Position numbers and translations under genes: made by a program. DNA of 64,000 bases from an uncultured Chloroflexia bacterium. Its GTDB lineage: Bacteria > Chloroflexota > Anaerolineae > B4-G1 > SLSP01. Under the pieces are notes generated by a model that made no database searches, was not told the origin of the DNA, and saw only the letters and a list, made by a program, of their open reading frames with translations. How positions within the stretch are numbered: the stretch's first letter is position 1; each line of letters begins with the position of its first letter. Shown piece by piece: positions 62,867 to 64,000 of this stretch. The stretch is from contig CAVVUS010000038.1 of NCBI GenBank assembly GCA_963751345.1, forward strand, positions 68,582 through 132,581. Reading direction: 5' to 3'.

Positions 62867-63535
62867 TCAGGCTTCCTCGCGGACGGGGTCATCCTGGACG
62901 TCGGATGTTGCGGGCTCTGTCAATTGAACGCTTTCGAGATCAGGCGTCGAAGCCGCAGCCTCGCCGCCATCCTCCGGCGCAGGAGGCCCATCGGCTGCGT
63001 CCACGTGCTGCGCCGGGACACTCGTCTCAGAGACGCTCGCCGCCGTCGGAGCGGGCGGCGCCGCATCTTGAGTTCCGGTGGTGTCCTCGATCACAGCGCC
63101 GTCGGGCTGGTGCCCATTATGGGCTGCCGGGTCGAGGTCCGGTTTCACAGGCACGCTTGCGAGTGGGGCGGGCTTGAGCTGTTCCTGAAGTGCCGCCGCC
63201 GTGTCACTGGCCTGTTTCTTGACGGAACGCTGAGCCGCTGCCACATCGTTCCCCGCGGCCGCAGTGACCTCACCGACCGACGACTTGATCGCCTTGAGTG
63301 CATCCTGCGCTTCTGCGATACTGCTCTTCGTATCCTCCAGAACGCCGCTCAATTCGTCTGAGGCCAGATACTCCTGCTGCATCGTGCCGGTGAACTGGTT
63401 CCACATTTCGCGAGCAGACCTGGCGTACTTCCCCAGCGTGCGCATCATTTTCATGATGTCCTCTGGCCCGAACAGAATCAGCGCCAGGAGCACGATGACG
63501 AGAAGTTCGCCACCTCCGATGTTCAGAAACTCCAT
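62867..63535 (-). CDS. tatB: Twin-arginine translocase TatB
   Basis: NIGGGELLVI..LALILFGPE, amphipathic helix, long Ala/Pro/acidic tail. Confidence 0.85.
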   Translation of the reverse strand: MEFLNIGGGELLVIVLLALILFGPEDIMKMMRTLGKYARSAREMWNQFTGTMQQEYLASDELSGVLEDTKSSIAEAQDALKAIKSSVGEVTAAAGNDVAAAQRSVKKQASDTAAALQEQLKPAPLASVPVKPDLDPAAHNGHQPDGAVIEDTTGTQDAAPPAPTAASVSETSVPAQHVDAADGPPAPEDGGEAAASTPDLESVQLTEPATSDVQDDPVREEA

Positions 63536-63584
63536 ATCTGTCTCCGGTACCCGGCGTGGGGGATGTCCAGCACCGGCTCGTTAG

Positions 63585-63770
63585 CTAGACTGACTTCGGA
63601 TCCTCAGCACCATCGGTGGCGGTCTCGTCGGGTTTCATCGCATCCCTGAACCCGCGGATGCTCTTGCCCAGTTCCCCACCGAGCTTGCCGATGCGACCAG
63701 GGCCGAAGATCAGGACGGCCAACACGAGCACGAGAATCAGCTCCGGAATGCCGAAATTGCGGAATAGCAT
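63585..63770 (-). CDS. tatA: Twin-arginine translocase TatA
   Basis: GIPELILVL...LIFGPGRI..LG..LGKSIRGFR; GGAGGA RBS. Confidence 0.92.
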   Translation of the reverse strand: MLFRNFGIPELILVLVLAVLIFGPGRIGKLGGELGKSIRGFRDAMKPDETATDGAEDPKSV

Positions 63771-63931
63771 AGTTGTCCTCCAGGTGAACGTCTTGAGCGG
63801 CAATCGAGTCCGACTGCCACATCAGCGGGTATAATATACTACGAAACAACCGGCGGGCAATGAATTGGCGCGCGAATCTGTCACCAATAACGCGGACAGC
63901 GGCCTGCCCCAGGCCGCTGTCCGCACTACTG

Positions 63932-64000
63932 AGTCCCCGGTGAGACTCGAACTCACAACCCCCTGGTTCGAAGCCAGGAGCTCTGTCCATTGAGCTACGG
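63932..64000 (-). tRNA. tRNA-Arg (TCG), 5' end cut by the window edge
   Basis: Minus strand ..CCG TAGCTCAATGGACAGAGC T CCTGG CTTCGAA CCAGG GGGTT GTGAG TTCGAGT CTCAC CGGGGAC T. Confidence 0.9.

Overview
A gene-dense, high-GC bacterial chromosomal segment. Gene content and style (LysM-M23 lipoprotein, two MoxR/DUF58 clusters, DUF2723 glycosyltransferase, TolB-like repeat protein, TGnTATAAT promoters) suggest an anaerobic Chloroflexota of the Anaerolineae type; this is inference, no database was searched. About 20 genes are split by single-base frameshifts, most likely long-read consensus errors, so CDS coordinates below join the frames. I found no CRISPR array, integrase, transposase, prophage or rRNA. 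There are four tRNAs: Gly-CCC, fMet-CAT, Met/Ile2-CAT and Arg-TCG (cut by the window edge). The main interest is bioenergetic. (1) An N-type ATPase operon (atpD-C-R-B-E-F-A-G, Na+-binding c subunit) has a DarA/PstA-like PII-fold cyclic-di-AMP-receptor gene inserted between atpA and atpG. (2) An operon moaD-AOR-ferredoxin-hdrA::mvhD-hdrC-hdrB-polyferredoxin encodes an HdrC with a C-terminal hydrophobic tail. (3) Directly downstream is a complex I operon made only of membrane subunits (nuoA-H-J-K-L-M-N, no nuoBCDI or EFG). Its NuoL lateral helix has four ~26-residue units instead of one, yet the operon has only one nuoM.
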